Positions 1-8,582 are shown, numbered from the stretch's first letter. The stretch is DNA of 23,435 nt from Candidatus Calditenuaceae archaeon HR02 (GCA_002898395.1 BEHE01000022.1:1-23435), one strand, 5' to 3'. The notes: a model not told the origin generated them from the sequence alone. Translations and numbers: made by a program.

Positions 1-2
1 AC

Positions 3-433
3 AGGACGGTTGGGCAGCTCATAGTCGAGTGGATACTGGGCCTAGTGGCGTTCTTCTCGCTCGCCGCAGGGCCCTTCGGCCTGAGTCATCTCCCTCGGGT
101 CTAGCGCCCCTACTCTTTGGAGCCGCGGTACTCTACGGACTAGTCAGGCTCAGGGACGGGTGGAGCAGAACACCCATCACAGTCTACAGGGGAGGCCACA
201 TATCGATAGGCAGGGAGATGATAACAAGAGACAGGATAGAGGGGCTATACATAGTAGACTACAGGGCTGAGCCGGGACTAATAATAGGACAGACAGTACT
301 ATCCTACGTAAACGTGGTAAACGCCATCATAAAGCTGAAAGACGGAACAGCGCGAACACTCAGACTACTGGAGAAGGACTACAACTCGATAGCAAGCCAC
401 TTCGGCGAGAGTGCAGCGGCTGCAGAAGCATAA
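3..433 (+). pseudogene. Membrane protein, 5'-truncated by the window edge and apparently frameshifted near 80-100
   Basis: Frame 3 from base 3 reads RTVGQLIVEWILGLVAFFSLAAGPFGL (hydrophobic) and stops at TAG 102-104. Frame 2 continues GLAPLLFGAAVLYGLVRL (second hydrophobic helix), then a soluble beta-rich domain to TAA 433. Confidence 0.45.
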
Positions 434-480
434 GCCACAAGCCTATACTCTACTCCCACCAGTCATCCATGGGATATAAC

Positions 481-666
481 CACGTTTATTGAATATTGTT
501 ATCACTGTTTTGTGATACGCGGCAAAAATTTGCCACCCACGCCTATAGAGAGGCTGAATTTCGGGGAGTTAAGCCGTTTTGAGGGTGGCAAAAATTATAC
601 CACCCAGAGACTATCACAAAGAATAGAAACAATTATCACAGAAAAGTGATAATAATTTTACACGTG
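481..666. repeat. Nested inverted/direct repeat locus (candidate origin or protein-binding array)
   Basis: 495-517 and 634-656 are inverted copies (20/23 nt), each containing TATCAC-N6-GTGATA. TTTGCCACCC 529-538 and GGGTGGCAAA 583-592 form a perfect inverted repeat. GGCAAAAATT..CCACCCA is a direct repeat at 521-539 and 587-606. An extra TATCACAAA lies at 612-620. Confidence 0.75.
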
Positions 667-900
667 CTTCATGTCAGGGTGGGTTTGTCTGGCTTCTTCT
701 GGCTTAAAGCTTTCTGCCCTCCTGTAGACCCAGTATGCCCTCCTAGCATTATTCAGAACCCTCTCCAGGACCCCGAGGGCCGTCAAGTGCTCTAGAGCAG
801 GCCTTATCGCTGGGGCTCCGCCGCTTTTACACGCCTCCTCGAGGAATTCCTCTTGGAGGTGGATTGATTTCCAGGTGGTGAAGGCTCGAGGACTATCTCG
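658..900 (-). pseudogene. Winged-helix-like reading frame without its own start codon, overlapping the Alba 3' end
   Basis: Manual translation: ...EEFLEEACKSGGAPAIRPALEHLTALGVLERVLNNARRAYWVYRRAESFKPEEARQTHPDMKHV* (TAA 660-658). The L..L...G.L.R......Y pattern is typical of a wHTH recognition helix plus wing. Confidence 0.5.
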
Positions 901-1139
901 ATTGAGCTCACCATCCTGCTCCTGCCATCTGTTGTGAGCTGGTCTGAGCCCATGCTGACGCCCGCTATCACGGCATTCCTGAAGATTTTCACAGCTATCT
1001 GGGAGACATCAACCGCCTTGCTTATCCACCTACCCCTAGCCTTTAGGAGCACCCTCTGCCCCGACATCAAGGCAGCTATGGCCGCGGCCGCGTATGACGC
1101 AGCACTCCTCCCCCCAATAGGAAGCTCAAACACCTCCAC
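804..1139 (-). CDS. albA: Alba family DNA/RNA-binding chromatin protein (divergent)
   Basis: IGGRSAASY...VLLKARGRWISKAVDV...VSSIEIVL matches the Alba signature KARG..ISKAVD...VS.IEI. Likely start is GTG 1139 after GGTGGT; the ORF track start is 1172. Confidence 0.85.
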   Translation of the reverse strand: MEVFELPIGGRSAASYAAAAIAALMSGQRVLLKARGRWISKAVDVSQIAVKIFRNAVIAGVSMGSDQLTTDGRSRMVSSIEIVLEPSPPGNQSTSKRNSSRRRVKAAEPQR

Positions 1140-1187
1140 ACCACCAAGAGGGGCCACAGATGGATAAAACAATATAAGCCTAGAATC

Positions 1188-1367
1188 CTAGACAATCTCC
1201 TCGACACTAACCCTCAATCCACGCTCTATTAGCATGTGCTCCTCCCTCACAAGCCTGGCTACCGCAGCCCTTATCACATCGCTACGGCTCCGATACCTCC
1301 CACTCTTAACCAGCCAGTCTATAGCCTCTAGATAAGCCTCCGGAAGCTTGAACGTCACCAGCCTCAA
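1188..1367 (-). CDS. Ribbon-helix-helix (CopG/Arc/MetJ) transcriptional regulator, 59 aa, missed by the ORF track
   Basis: TTG 1367 to TAG 1188: MRLVTFKLPEAYLEAIDWLVKSGRYRSRSDVIRAAVARLVREEHMLIERGLRVSVEEIV, a classic archaeal RHH pattern. TTAAATA lies ~26-32 nt upstream on the minus strand. Confidence 0.9.
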   Translation of the reverse strand: MRLVTFKLPEAYLEAIDWLVKSGRYRSRSDVIRAAVARLVREEHMLIERGLRVSVEEIV

Positions 1368-1380
1368 CGCAAAAGAACAC

Positions 1381-1481
1381 CGAGAGACTACCTATTTAAC
1401 AATATAGCTTGATGATAGTGAGCCATTCAATACTATGGCCTTAAAGGTATAACTCCATCGGCAATAATATAGAGTCTCTCG
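1381..1481. promoter_or_regulatory. Divergent promoter region bracketed by a perfect 9-bp inverted repeat
   Basis: CGAGAGACT 1381-1389 and AGTCTCTCG 1473-1481. The interior is AT-rich with TATA-like boxes (minus-strand TTAAATA 1399-1393; plus-strand TTAAAGGTATAA 1441-1452). Confidence 0.55.
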
Positions 1482-2578
1482 TGAGCGGTTCGGGGGTTGA
1501 TGGTGGCGGAGACCAGGTCTGCCCAGAGTGCGGGAGCGAGAGCGTAATAACCGACGCCGTTAGCGGTGAGATGGTCTGCGCCAGCTGCGGGCTCGTCATC
1601 CAGGAGAGGGGTGTGGACAGGGAGGCGGGGAAGATAGACTGGGAGAGGCTGAGGGAGACGGTCGAGACTGCTGTGAGGTTCCTAGACGACGCTATAGACG
1701 TGAACAGGCATCCGCTACCACGCCTGACAGAGGAGAATAAGAGGCACCGCAGAATAGGGCTCGGGATAATGGGTCTAGCCGACATGCTCTACGCCCTAGG
1801 GATACCATACGACAGTGAGGAGGGCTTCAAGACCATGTCGAGGGTCATGGAGTTCATAGCATACCACGCATACATGGCCTCATCCCGGCTGTCTGGGGAG
1901 AAGGGCTCCTTCCCACTCTTCCCGTACAGCGACTACAGGGAGGGAATACTACCCATCAGAGGGTTCCGTGAGTCTGATTGTTGGACGCTCGACTGGACGG
2001 CGGTCGCCGAGATGGTCAGCCGGGGAGTAAGGAACAGCCACGTGACAACCGTCGCACCCACGGGAAGCATCAGCATGATATTCGACGTCTCCGCGGGGCT
2101 GGAGCCCCAGTTCGCACTAGTATATGAGAAGCACGTGAGCGTGGGTAGGTTCTACTACGTTGATATAGAGTTTGAGCGCCAGCTCAGGGAGAGGGGACTG
2201 TACAGCCAGGAGGTTCTGAGGAGGGTGGCTGAGAACGGGGGCTCTGTCCAGGGCCTCGAGGAGATACCCGAGGATATGCAGGAAGTATTCGTGACGGCTA
2301 GGGAGATAGCCTGGTGGGACCACCTGAGGGCTCAGTGGGAGATTCAGAGATGGGTTGACAGCTCAGTAAGCAAGACGATAAATATGCACGCGGGCGCCAC
2401 CGTGGAGGACGTGCTGAACGCGTACGTCACCGCGGAGAAGATAGGGGTCAAGGGGGTAACGATATTCAGGGATACTTCTAAGGGTGTGCAGGTCCTACAC
2501 GCCCCGCCCTTGAAACGGCTTAGGAAGGCGAAGAACAACACAATACCCCTCCTCGGCCTAAGCGTTGAGGATGGATGA
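1481..2578 (+). CDS. nrdJ: Chimeric ORF: TFIIB-type Zn ribbon (aa ~12-47) fused to the C-terminal part of a class II (B12-dependent) ribonucleotide reductase; probably not catalytic alone
   Basis: CPECGS..VITD..SGEMVCASCGLVIQE is the TFB N-terminal ribbon. IDWERL..TV..AVRFLDD.ID, RRIGLGIMGLAD, RNSHVTTVAPTGSISM, SAGLEP, Q.WVDSSVSKTIN and G.KGVTIFRD are NrdJ motifs. The NPCGE active-site loop and terminal Cys pair are absent. Confidence 0.85.
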   Translation: MSGSGVDGGGDQVCPECGSESVITDAVSGEMVCASCGLVIQERGVDREAGKIDWERLRETVETAVRFLDDAIDVNRHPLPRLTEENKRHRRIGLGIMGLADMLYALGIPYDSEEGFKTMSRVMEFIAYHAYMASSRLSGEKGSFPLFPYSDYREGILPIRGFRESDCWTLDWTAVAEMVSRGVRNSHVTTVAPTGSISMIFDVSAGLEPQFALVYEKHVSVGRFYYVDIEFERQLRERGLYSQEVLRRVAENGGSVQGLEEIPEDMQEVFVTAREIAWWDHLRAQWEIQRWVDSSVSKTINMHAGATVEDVLNAYVTAEKIGVKGVTIFRDTSKGVQVLHAPPLKRLRKAKNNTIPLLGLSVEDG

Positions 2579-2892
2579 GCGGGCTGAGAGAATATCTGGA
2601 TAAGAGGATTAGGGAGCTGGAGCACGAGCTAGAGGTTCTCAGGAGGATAAGAGAAATTTTGGAGGAGAGGGAGAAGGTGTCGAGGGGCGGTGGGGAGGGG
2701 CTGGACAGCCTGCCCTGGAGGCCCTACAGGGATGGAAGCGGAGAGTGGATATTCGAGGACGAGGCGCCAGAGACCCTCATAAGCACGATAATAGCCGGCA
2801 GAGGCAGGGCCGTGATAGACGGATACATCTACGATCTCTCGTCTGGGAGGGGTGGGAGGAGATTCGTCAGGAGGAGGCCCGAGAAGAAGTGA
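2575..2892 (+). CDS. Hypothetical protein (ORF105): N-terminal coiled coil plus small W-rich basic domain
   Basis: ATGA overlap with the upstream stop and typical codon usage; a degraded paralog lies at ~14540-14874. Confidence 0.8.
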   Translation: MSGLREYLDKRIRELEHELEVLRRIREILEEREKVSRGGGEGLDSLPWRPYRDGSGEWIFEDEAPETLISTIIAGRGRAVIDGYIYDLSSGRGGRRFVRRRPEKK

Positions 2893-3032
2893 GACGGGAG
2901 ACGCAGGGGTCGCGCATCAAGGCAGCCGCCGCCCTCTCACTCCTCATCACAGGATTATTCATAGGATTATTCGTAGGATACCTGTACGGCCGCTCCTCAG
3001 CAGAGGCCTCGAAATTCTTATACTACACATGA
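2889..3032 (+). CDS. Small single-pass membrane protein, 47 aa, possibly truncated by the AT-rich insert
   Basis: GTGA overlap with the ORF105 stop. MRRETQGSRIKAAAALSLLITGLFIGLFVGYLYGRSSAEASKFLYYT. Composition turns AT-rich near 3015. Confidence 0.55.
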   Translation: MRRETQGSRIKAAAALSLLITGLFIGLFVGYLYGRSSAEASKFLYYT

Positions 3033-3078
3033 TCTACCATAATGATCGATGAAAACGGTGAATTTTAGGTGACTAGAC

Positions 3079-6000
3079 ATGTATGGAGACTATAAGTACG
3101 TTTGCACAAAATGTAATCCGTACACGCTCTTTAAAGACCTATATGCGCTCAAACAGCACGAGAGAGATAAGCATGGAGTTAAAATGAACGATGCAGGCTT
3201 TTTCGAGGATATTGAGATAATTATTAAAGATGATTTAAACGAGTTCATTAATAGATTAGTTACTGGGCAGAGCTATTCATCAGAATTGGACTTGGAATTG
3301 AAGTTCCTAGCTGAGCAAATTTACTGTAAGAAAGATCAAGATTTCTTATTCTCAGCAATCGCGTCTAGGGCTGTTCTCCTGCCGCATCAACTGGGTGCCG
3401 TTAGGAAAGCTATTCGTGAAACAGCTAAGGGAATATTGTTGGCAGATGCTGTAGGTTTAGGTAAAACTATCGAGGCAGGCATGATAATTAAAGAGTTTAT
3501 TATAAGGGGTGCTCAACGGGTATTAATTTTGGTTCCTGCTCATCTCTTAAGCAAGTGGCATGATGAATTAAAATTTAAGCTTGGTCTCAACTTTGAAGTA
3601 TATACATCTGAGGATATTAAAGAGAGATTAGGTTGGCATAACAGGATAATATGTTCAATACATACGGCAAAGAGACCAGAAAATTTAGAATATCTGCGTA
3701 AGTTCAATTGGGACCTGGTGATTATCGATGAAGCACATCACTTAAGAAATCCGCCGACAAGGGCTTACAGACTTGGTTTAACATTGGTCAGAAATTCTAA
3801 ACCTTACGTTATCCTTCTCACAGCAACACCATTACAAAACAATATATCAGAACTTTATACTATTCTAAGTCTTATCGATGACAGGTTTTTCGGATTTATA
3901 CATAGCCGTGAAAACGCTCTTACTTTCATGTCATATGATATGATTAGGAGACTTCTTCAAAATGTGATGGTTAGAAATACGCGCAAAGACTTACAATACT
4001 TACTGCATTACGAAATAATCAACAAACTCCCTAACAGTAATGAGATAAAGAGTCTCCTCGGCTATGTTCGGTGTGAACGAGAGGTTAAAACAATACTTGT
4101 CAAGCTGGGAGATAGGTGGATGGACATCTATGAACGCGTGACATCATATTGTAAAGAACTCTATAAACGGAATCCTTATGCAGCGATTTTCGTAACTATG
4201 TTAGCTCAAAGAATGGTCTGTAGCAGTATTACAGCCATAAATGATTTCTTTAGGAGAAGACACATACGGTTAAATGAGATTCTAGAGCGTCAAGTGATTA
4301 TTGAAATGACTGAGGAATTTCAGGCGGAAATGCCTAATAGTTTAGGCTACGAAAAGGTAATTCTTTTACATGACAAAGAGGACGAAGGGGAAGTTTCTGA
4401 GAAAGATGCCGCTTTAATCGAAATAATCGATAAAGAGCTTGATCCGAACGAAAAGATTCTAATTTTCACAGAGTTTAAAGGGACACAAAGACATCTAATA
4501 AATATCTTGAAAAGACGATATAACGAAAATATATATTTCTTAAATGGAGACTTATCTGAGAAAGAAAAAAGGGGTAATGTGGAACTATGGAAAGAGAATG
4601 GGCGTATAATGGTATCAACTGATGTGGGTGCAGAAGGGTTAGACATGCAATTCTGTGGTGTAGTGATTAACTACGATTTACCTTGGAATCCTATGAAGAT
4701 AGAGCAAAGGATAGGGAGGATACATAGGATTGGACAGACTAGGGAACGAGTAAGGATATTTAATTTATGCGCTAAGGAGACAATCGAAGAGTATGTGCTA
4801 GAAACTTTACATAATAAAATAGGTATATTCGAAAAAGTTGTTGGTGATATTGAAAATATCCTTGGACAGATTTGGGAGAAGAGGCAGGGACGGAAGGACT
4901 ATCCAAAGCTTGAGCAGATGATCGCGGAGATAATCCTCCAGTCTAAAAGTAGAGAAGAGTTAGCAAGTAGATTAGAAATGAATATAGGCAGAAGAATAGA
5001 GGAAGTGAGAAGAGAGGCAGAAAGTAGTCTTAATGAAATTGATAGAAGAGTGTGGGGAGATTTAGACCTTTCCGTGGTTAAGGCAATATTACAGGAAGAT
5101 TATTTCACTGCTTTAATAAACAAGATTTCCGAAGAAGAGAAAACTATAGAATCTTTCATTCGTTTGCATCTTGAAAGAAATGGCGAAAAATATGAATTCA
5201 AAGAGGGGATTCTTCATTACGATGGCAGAAGGTTAAGCTGCCGCCGTAATCTCATGTACGAATTTGACGTGGAATTAATCAGTCTATCCAGCCAGTTACT
5301 ATTAGATGCATTAAACTCGTATATAAATAAAGTAATGTATTGTAAGATTTCAATCGGAGCGGACGATCAACGTGAGGACTACCTAAAGGAAATCATAAGA
5401 CACAGAAAGGGTAAAAGCTGCTTCTTCGCGCTTCTGAAGTCAACTTTACGTATAAATTACCTTGACAGAATACATATATACGAAAAAGTTACTCCCTACG
5501 TGCTCGACATAGATACATGTACATATGATAAAGAACTTTCCGATAACTTCTTTAGAATTAAAAAGCGTGACCTTCCAAAAAATTGTCCCTTTCCCCATAT
5601 TAATGTAGAAAATATACAAAGTAACCTGCTTGCCCTTCTTAATAAAGACATCAAAGAGAAGCTTTATCAAGTTGCCGACTATTATAGGCATCGTTTTGAA
5701 TTTGATAAACAGACATACGAGGAACTAATACCAAGAAAGTTCAACCATAAAATTGATAAACTAAAAAGCAGACTTAAACTTCTAGAGAAGTGGTTAGAAG
5801 CTTTGCAGGAGGGTCGGTTTCCGGGTGGACCTGAAGAGCTGGCTGACATATCTCCTAGGATAAAAAGACTCTTTTCACGAAAAGGTGTGCCTAGAATAGA
5901 AGATATTAGAAGAGAAGATATCCTTCTTTACATAAAACTTTTGGAGAAAGACATCGTAAAAGTCAAAGATAAGATAAATCAACTAAACCAGCGTGTAAAT

Positions 6001-6099
6001 CAGGAACTTACGGATTTGAGAGCTAAATTAGAAAAAGTAAAGAGGCCTGAAGTCGACATCGCGATCTGCGCTGTGGCGCTCATCAAAATAGAATCTTAA
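3079..6099 (+). CDS. SNF2/RapA(HepA)/YqhH-like superfamily 2 helicase with N-terminal C2H2 zinc finger and long C-terminal coiled-coil region
   Basis: LPHQ, LLADAVGLGKT, IIDEAHH, LLTATPLQN, STDVGAEGLDMQ and NYDLPWNPMKIEQRIGRIHRIGQ. The N-terminus is C-x2-C-x14-H-x4-H. Visibly more AT-rich than its flanks; GGTGA RBS upstream. Confidence 0.92.
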   Translation: MYGDYKYVCTKCNPYTLFKDLYALKQHERDKHGVKMNDAGFFEDIEIIIKDDLNEFINRLVTGQSYSSELDLELKFLAEQIYCKKDQDFLFSAIASRAVLLPHQLGAVRKAIRETAKGILLADAVGLGKTIEAGMIIKEFIIRGAQRVLILVPAHLLSKWHDELKFKLGLNFEVYTSEDIKERLGWHNRIICSIHTAKRPENLEYLRKFNWDLVIIDEAHHLRNPPTRAYRLGLTLVRNSKPYVILLTATPLQNNISELYTILSLIDDRFFGFIHSRENALTFMSYDMIRRLLQNVMVRNTRKDLQYLLHYEIINKLPNSNEIKSLLGYVRCEREVKTILVKLGDRWMDIYERVTSYCKELYKRNPYAAIFVTMLAQRMVCSSITAINDFFRRRHIRLNEILERQVIIEMTEEFQAEMPNSLGYEKVILLHDKEDEGEVSEKDAALIEIIDKELDPNEKILIFTEFKGTQRHLINILKRRYNENIYFLNGDLSEKEKRGNVELWKENGRIMVSTDVGAEGLDMQFCGVVINYDLPWNPMKIEQRIGRIHRIGQTRERVRIFNLCAKETIEEYVLETLHNKIGIFEKVVGDIENILGQIWEKRQGRKDYPKLEQMIAEIILQSKSREELASRLEMNIGRRIEEVRREAESSLNEIDRRVWGDLDLSVVKAILQEDYFTALINKISEEEKTIESFIRLHLERNGEKYEFKEGILHYDGRRLSCRRNLMYEFDVELISLSSQLLLDALNSYINKVMYCKISIGADDQREDYLKEIIRHRKGKSCFFALLKSTLRINYLDRIHIYEKVTPYVLDIDTCTYDKELSDNFFRIKKRDLPKNCPFPHINVENIQSNLLALLNKDIKEKLYQVADYYRHRFEFDKQTYEELIPRKFNHKIDKLKSRLKLLEKWLEALQEGRFPGGPEELADISPRIKRLFSRKGVPRIEDIRREDILLYIKLLEKDIVKVKDKINQLNQRVNQELTDLRAKLEKVKRPEVDIAICAVALIKIES

Positions 6100-6114
6100 A
6101 ACGGTACTACACCC

Positions 6115-6370
6115 ATGTCATATTTGGGTCTTTATTTGAAGCTTAGTATACCCAAGGGTATTGGGGAGATAGACGCTGAGGTAAGGGGGATCATAGATAG
6201 TTGGAGGAGATTATCCGTCAGTAAGAGTAATAGAGGTAACGCTCATCTCGATCTCATAAGGGATTACCATACTTTCTCCCCAGCACATTCGTCATGGACC
6301 CTGATGCGGTCAGGTCAGTATTCCCTCTGGACAATACAGTAGGAAGTGGGGTTAGTAAAAGATTCCTGTA
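6115..6370 (+). pseudogene. Probable gene remnant of unknown family
   Basis: A 75-aa ORF 15 nt after the helicase; an alternative frame continues STFVMDPDAVRSVFPLDNTVGSGVSKRFL*. No recognisable motif. Confidence 0.25.
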
Positions 6371-6460
6371 ATGATGCCTGTCTTTCCTGGCGTTATTGAT
6401 CGACGTGCCTACGAGGTTTAATATACTGCTATCCCCCTATGGTTCCGAGGTGTCCGTAAA

Positions 6461-7192
6461 ATGATGAAACGTTCTAAAGCCTCTATACCCATTGACAGTA
6501 TTCTCAGTTTGTCACTAACTTTTCTTGTACTTAAACTACTTAAACTATTGGATTCTGCGCAGAGCCCAATGGACCTATTATTAAGTTATTCAACAATGGT
6601 GACCTCAATAAACATAATGTTATACTATATTAATCCAATTGATAGGCTGCTACTATGCTATTTAAACAAGAATTCGCTTAAAGGTGGGTATTCCAAAGAT
6701 GCCCATCTACATTATATTCGTGAGGCGTTCTGGTCATCATATTTAAATAGTTTACGTGATAAAATTAGGCTAATGGCATATATTGTAGCAAGTCTTATAA
6801 TAGCAACTATAATATCTGTGCTGTCCGTTCCCACAGATTACAGAACAACAATAATTATAATTTTGTTCGCACTAGCTACTATTTTAACGGTTTCTATTAG
6901 CACTCCCAAGACGGATTTAAGAAGATTGAGGCTATTTAGTTGGACAGTAGCATTTTATCTTTACCATGTTAATAGAGCAATGTATGTAGTCAGAACGGAC
7001 ACTATGACGGGTAACATGATGCATCCGATTAACCTGTTTTCTTATGCTCAAAGAGCTTTACAACAAGGTGATTTCTGCGAAGCGATATTCTGGCTAAGAA
7101 AACTACGCGCATATGGAGATTTTCCCGTAGCAGAAGAATTAACGAAATCTTGTGCTGGACATTCTACAGAGAGTGGAATTGAGGCACATTAG
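6461..7192 (+). CDS. Hypothetical multi-pass membrane protein (AT-rich)
   Basis: 243-aa ORF with about 4 hydrophobic segments. TATA-like TTTAATATA at ~6417-6425 and GAGGTG upstream of the ATG. Confidence 0.7.
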   Translation: MMKRSKASIPIDSILSLSLTFLVLKLLKLLDSAQSPMDLLLSYSTMVTSINIMLYYINPIDRLLLCYLNKNSLKGGYSKDAHLHYIREAFWSSYLNSLRDKIRLMAYIVASLIIATIISVLSVPTDYRTTIIIILFALATILTVSISTPKTDLRRLRLFSWTVAFYLYHVNRAMYVVRTDTMTGNMMHPINLFSYAQRALQQGDFCEAIFWLRKLRAYGDFPVAEELTKSCAGHSTESGIEAH

Positions 7193-7320
7193 CTGCGCCT
7201 CTGCGTCCCGTTTGATAGGCCTACCTATTTCCAACACGAAAAACTGCTCATTCAGCCCACCTCACGTGAGGTCAATCTCATTCCCACATGTTAGGAATCT
7301 GCGCCTCCAATTCGTTATTC
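7190..7320 (-). pseudogene. Possible PD-(D/E)XK nuclease remnant
   Basis: Minus strand reads RFLTCGNEIDLT*GGLNEQFFVLEIGRPIKRDAEAQL, resembling the E.DL...VxE.K...QL pattern, with an in-frame stop and no catalytic Lys. Confidence 0.3.
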
Positions 7321-7364
7321 AACCTGATACTATATCATCAAATGGCTACACATGCTTTAACAGC

Positions 7365-8539
7365 CGTGTCCTTGAGGAGGGGGTTGAGAAGGTCGGAAAC
7401 AGGGTTCTAAGACCCTATCAGATCGAGGCATTCGAACAATGGGCGGTGAAGAGCTTCAGAGGAATTGTAGTCGCCCCGACCGGAACGGGGAAAACCGTGG
7501 TCGGTCTTTACGCGATAAAGAAAACCGGGTAGGCCACTCTGGTCGTGACGCCCTACAAGCGTGTTATGAACGAGTGGGTTAAGAAGGGGAGAGAATCGGA
7601 CATCCTCTTCACCAGGTTCTATGGCGGGGAGAAGAGGCTAAGCAGATACACTGTGGCCATCTACAACTCAGTTGTCAGACACCCGGAGATACTCGACCAA
7701 TTCGAGCTGATAATATTGGACGAGATACACCATGTGGGGGCTGATGTCTTCTCCAACATCCTCTCAAGGCTTGACGGTAAGAGGGTGCTGGGGTTCACCG
7801 CAACACTCAAACGTGAGGACAGTAGGCACCAGTTCATCCTCTCCAAGCTGCCTGTCGTCTATACGCTTGACCTGAAGACGGAGATGGAGAACGGGTATGT
7901 GGCCCCTATTCAGGTCGTCCCCGCCAGGATGAACGACTAGGAGAGGGCGAGATACTGCAGATTCAGTCCGAAATCCGGAAGACGGCAAAGAGTCTCAAAC
8001 TTTTGAAAATGATGTATCCCGATACGGGCAGTAATGTAATGGAGCTGGAGCGGAAGCTCAAGATCATCATCAACGAGAGGAGGATATTCCTGAGCAGGAT
8101 AGGGGCGAAGAAGGGGGCCCTGCTAGACGTGGCTAGAGAGCACCCCGACGAGAAGATAATAGTCTTCAGCGAGTCGATAGACAGCATAGAGGAGCTAAGG
8201 GAATATCTGGTGAGGAACGGGGTCCCTGCGGAGACATATCACAGCGGCAAGTCGGAATACGAGATGACGAGGATTTTCAGTGAGTGTGGTAGGGGCTTCA
8301 ACGTCCTCCTCGCCGTCAGGGCCCTGGATGAGGGTGTTGACGTGCCGGAGGTCAAAATAGGTGTTGTCGTCGCGTCGGGACAGAGCGTGAGGCAGTTGGT
8401 CCAGCGCAAAGGGCGGATAATGAGGCCCAGGGAGGGAAAGCAGGCGAAACTATACGTGATATACGCTCAGGACAGCGTTGAATTCCAACTGATCACCAAG
8501 ATCAACGCCATCCTGAAGAGCCTGATCAGGCTCTATTGA
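7365..8539 (+). pseudogene. XPB/Rad25-like DEAD/DEAH superfamily 2 helicase, disrupted
   Basis: LRPYQ, GIVVAPTGTGKT, IILDEIHH, LGFTAT, LDEGVDVP and QRKGRIMRP. Broken by in-frame TAG at 7530-7532 and 7938-7940 and a frameshift near 7955. Confidence 0.9.
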
Positions 8540-8582
8540 GAGGCCCGGCACGCTCTTATTCACGTATGGTAGTCGTTGTACC

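Noticed and set aside
481-666. CRISPR mini-array, MITE or canonical Orc1/Cdc6 ORB origin
   Set aside because: The repeats are mostly inverted and not regularly spaced, with no target-site duplication and no ORB consensus.
2951-2980. 12-bp tandem repeat AGGATTATTC(A/G)T
   Set aside because: It simply encodes GLFI-GLFV in a transmembrane helix.
7530-7940. Two in-frame TAG codons in the XPB-like gene suggesting amber recoding (pyrrolysine or an alternative code)
   Set aside because: A frameshift near 7955 also breaks the gene, and TAG is a normal stop for intact genes in the window, so decay is the simpler explanation.
3079-8539. A complete DISARM, BREX or restriction-modification system built on the two helicases
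   Set aside because: No methyltransferase, PglZ, DUF1998 or phospholipase D gene is present, and the two helicases differ in composition and intactness.
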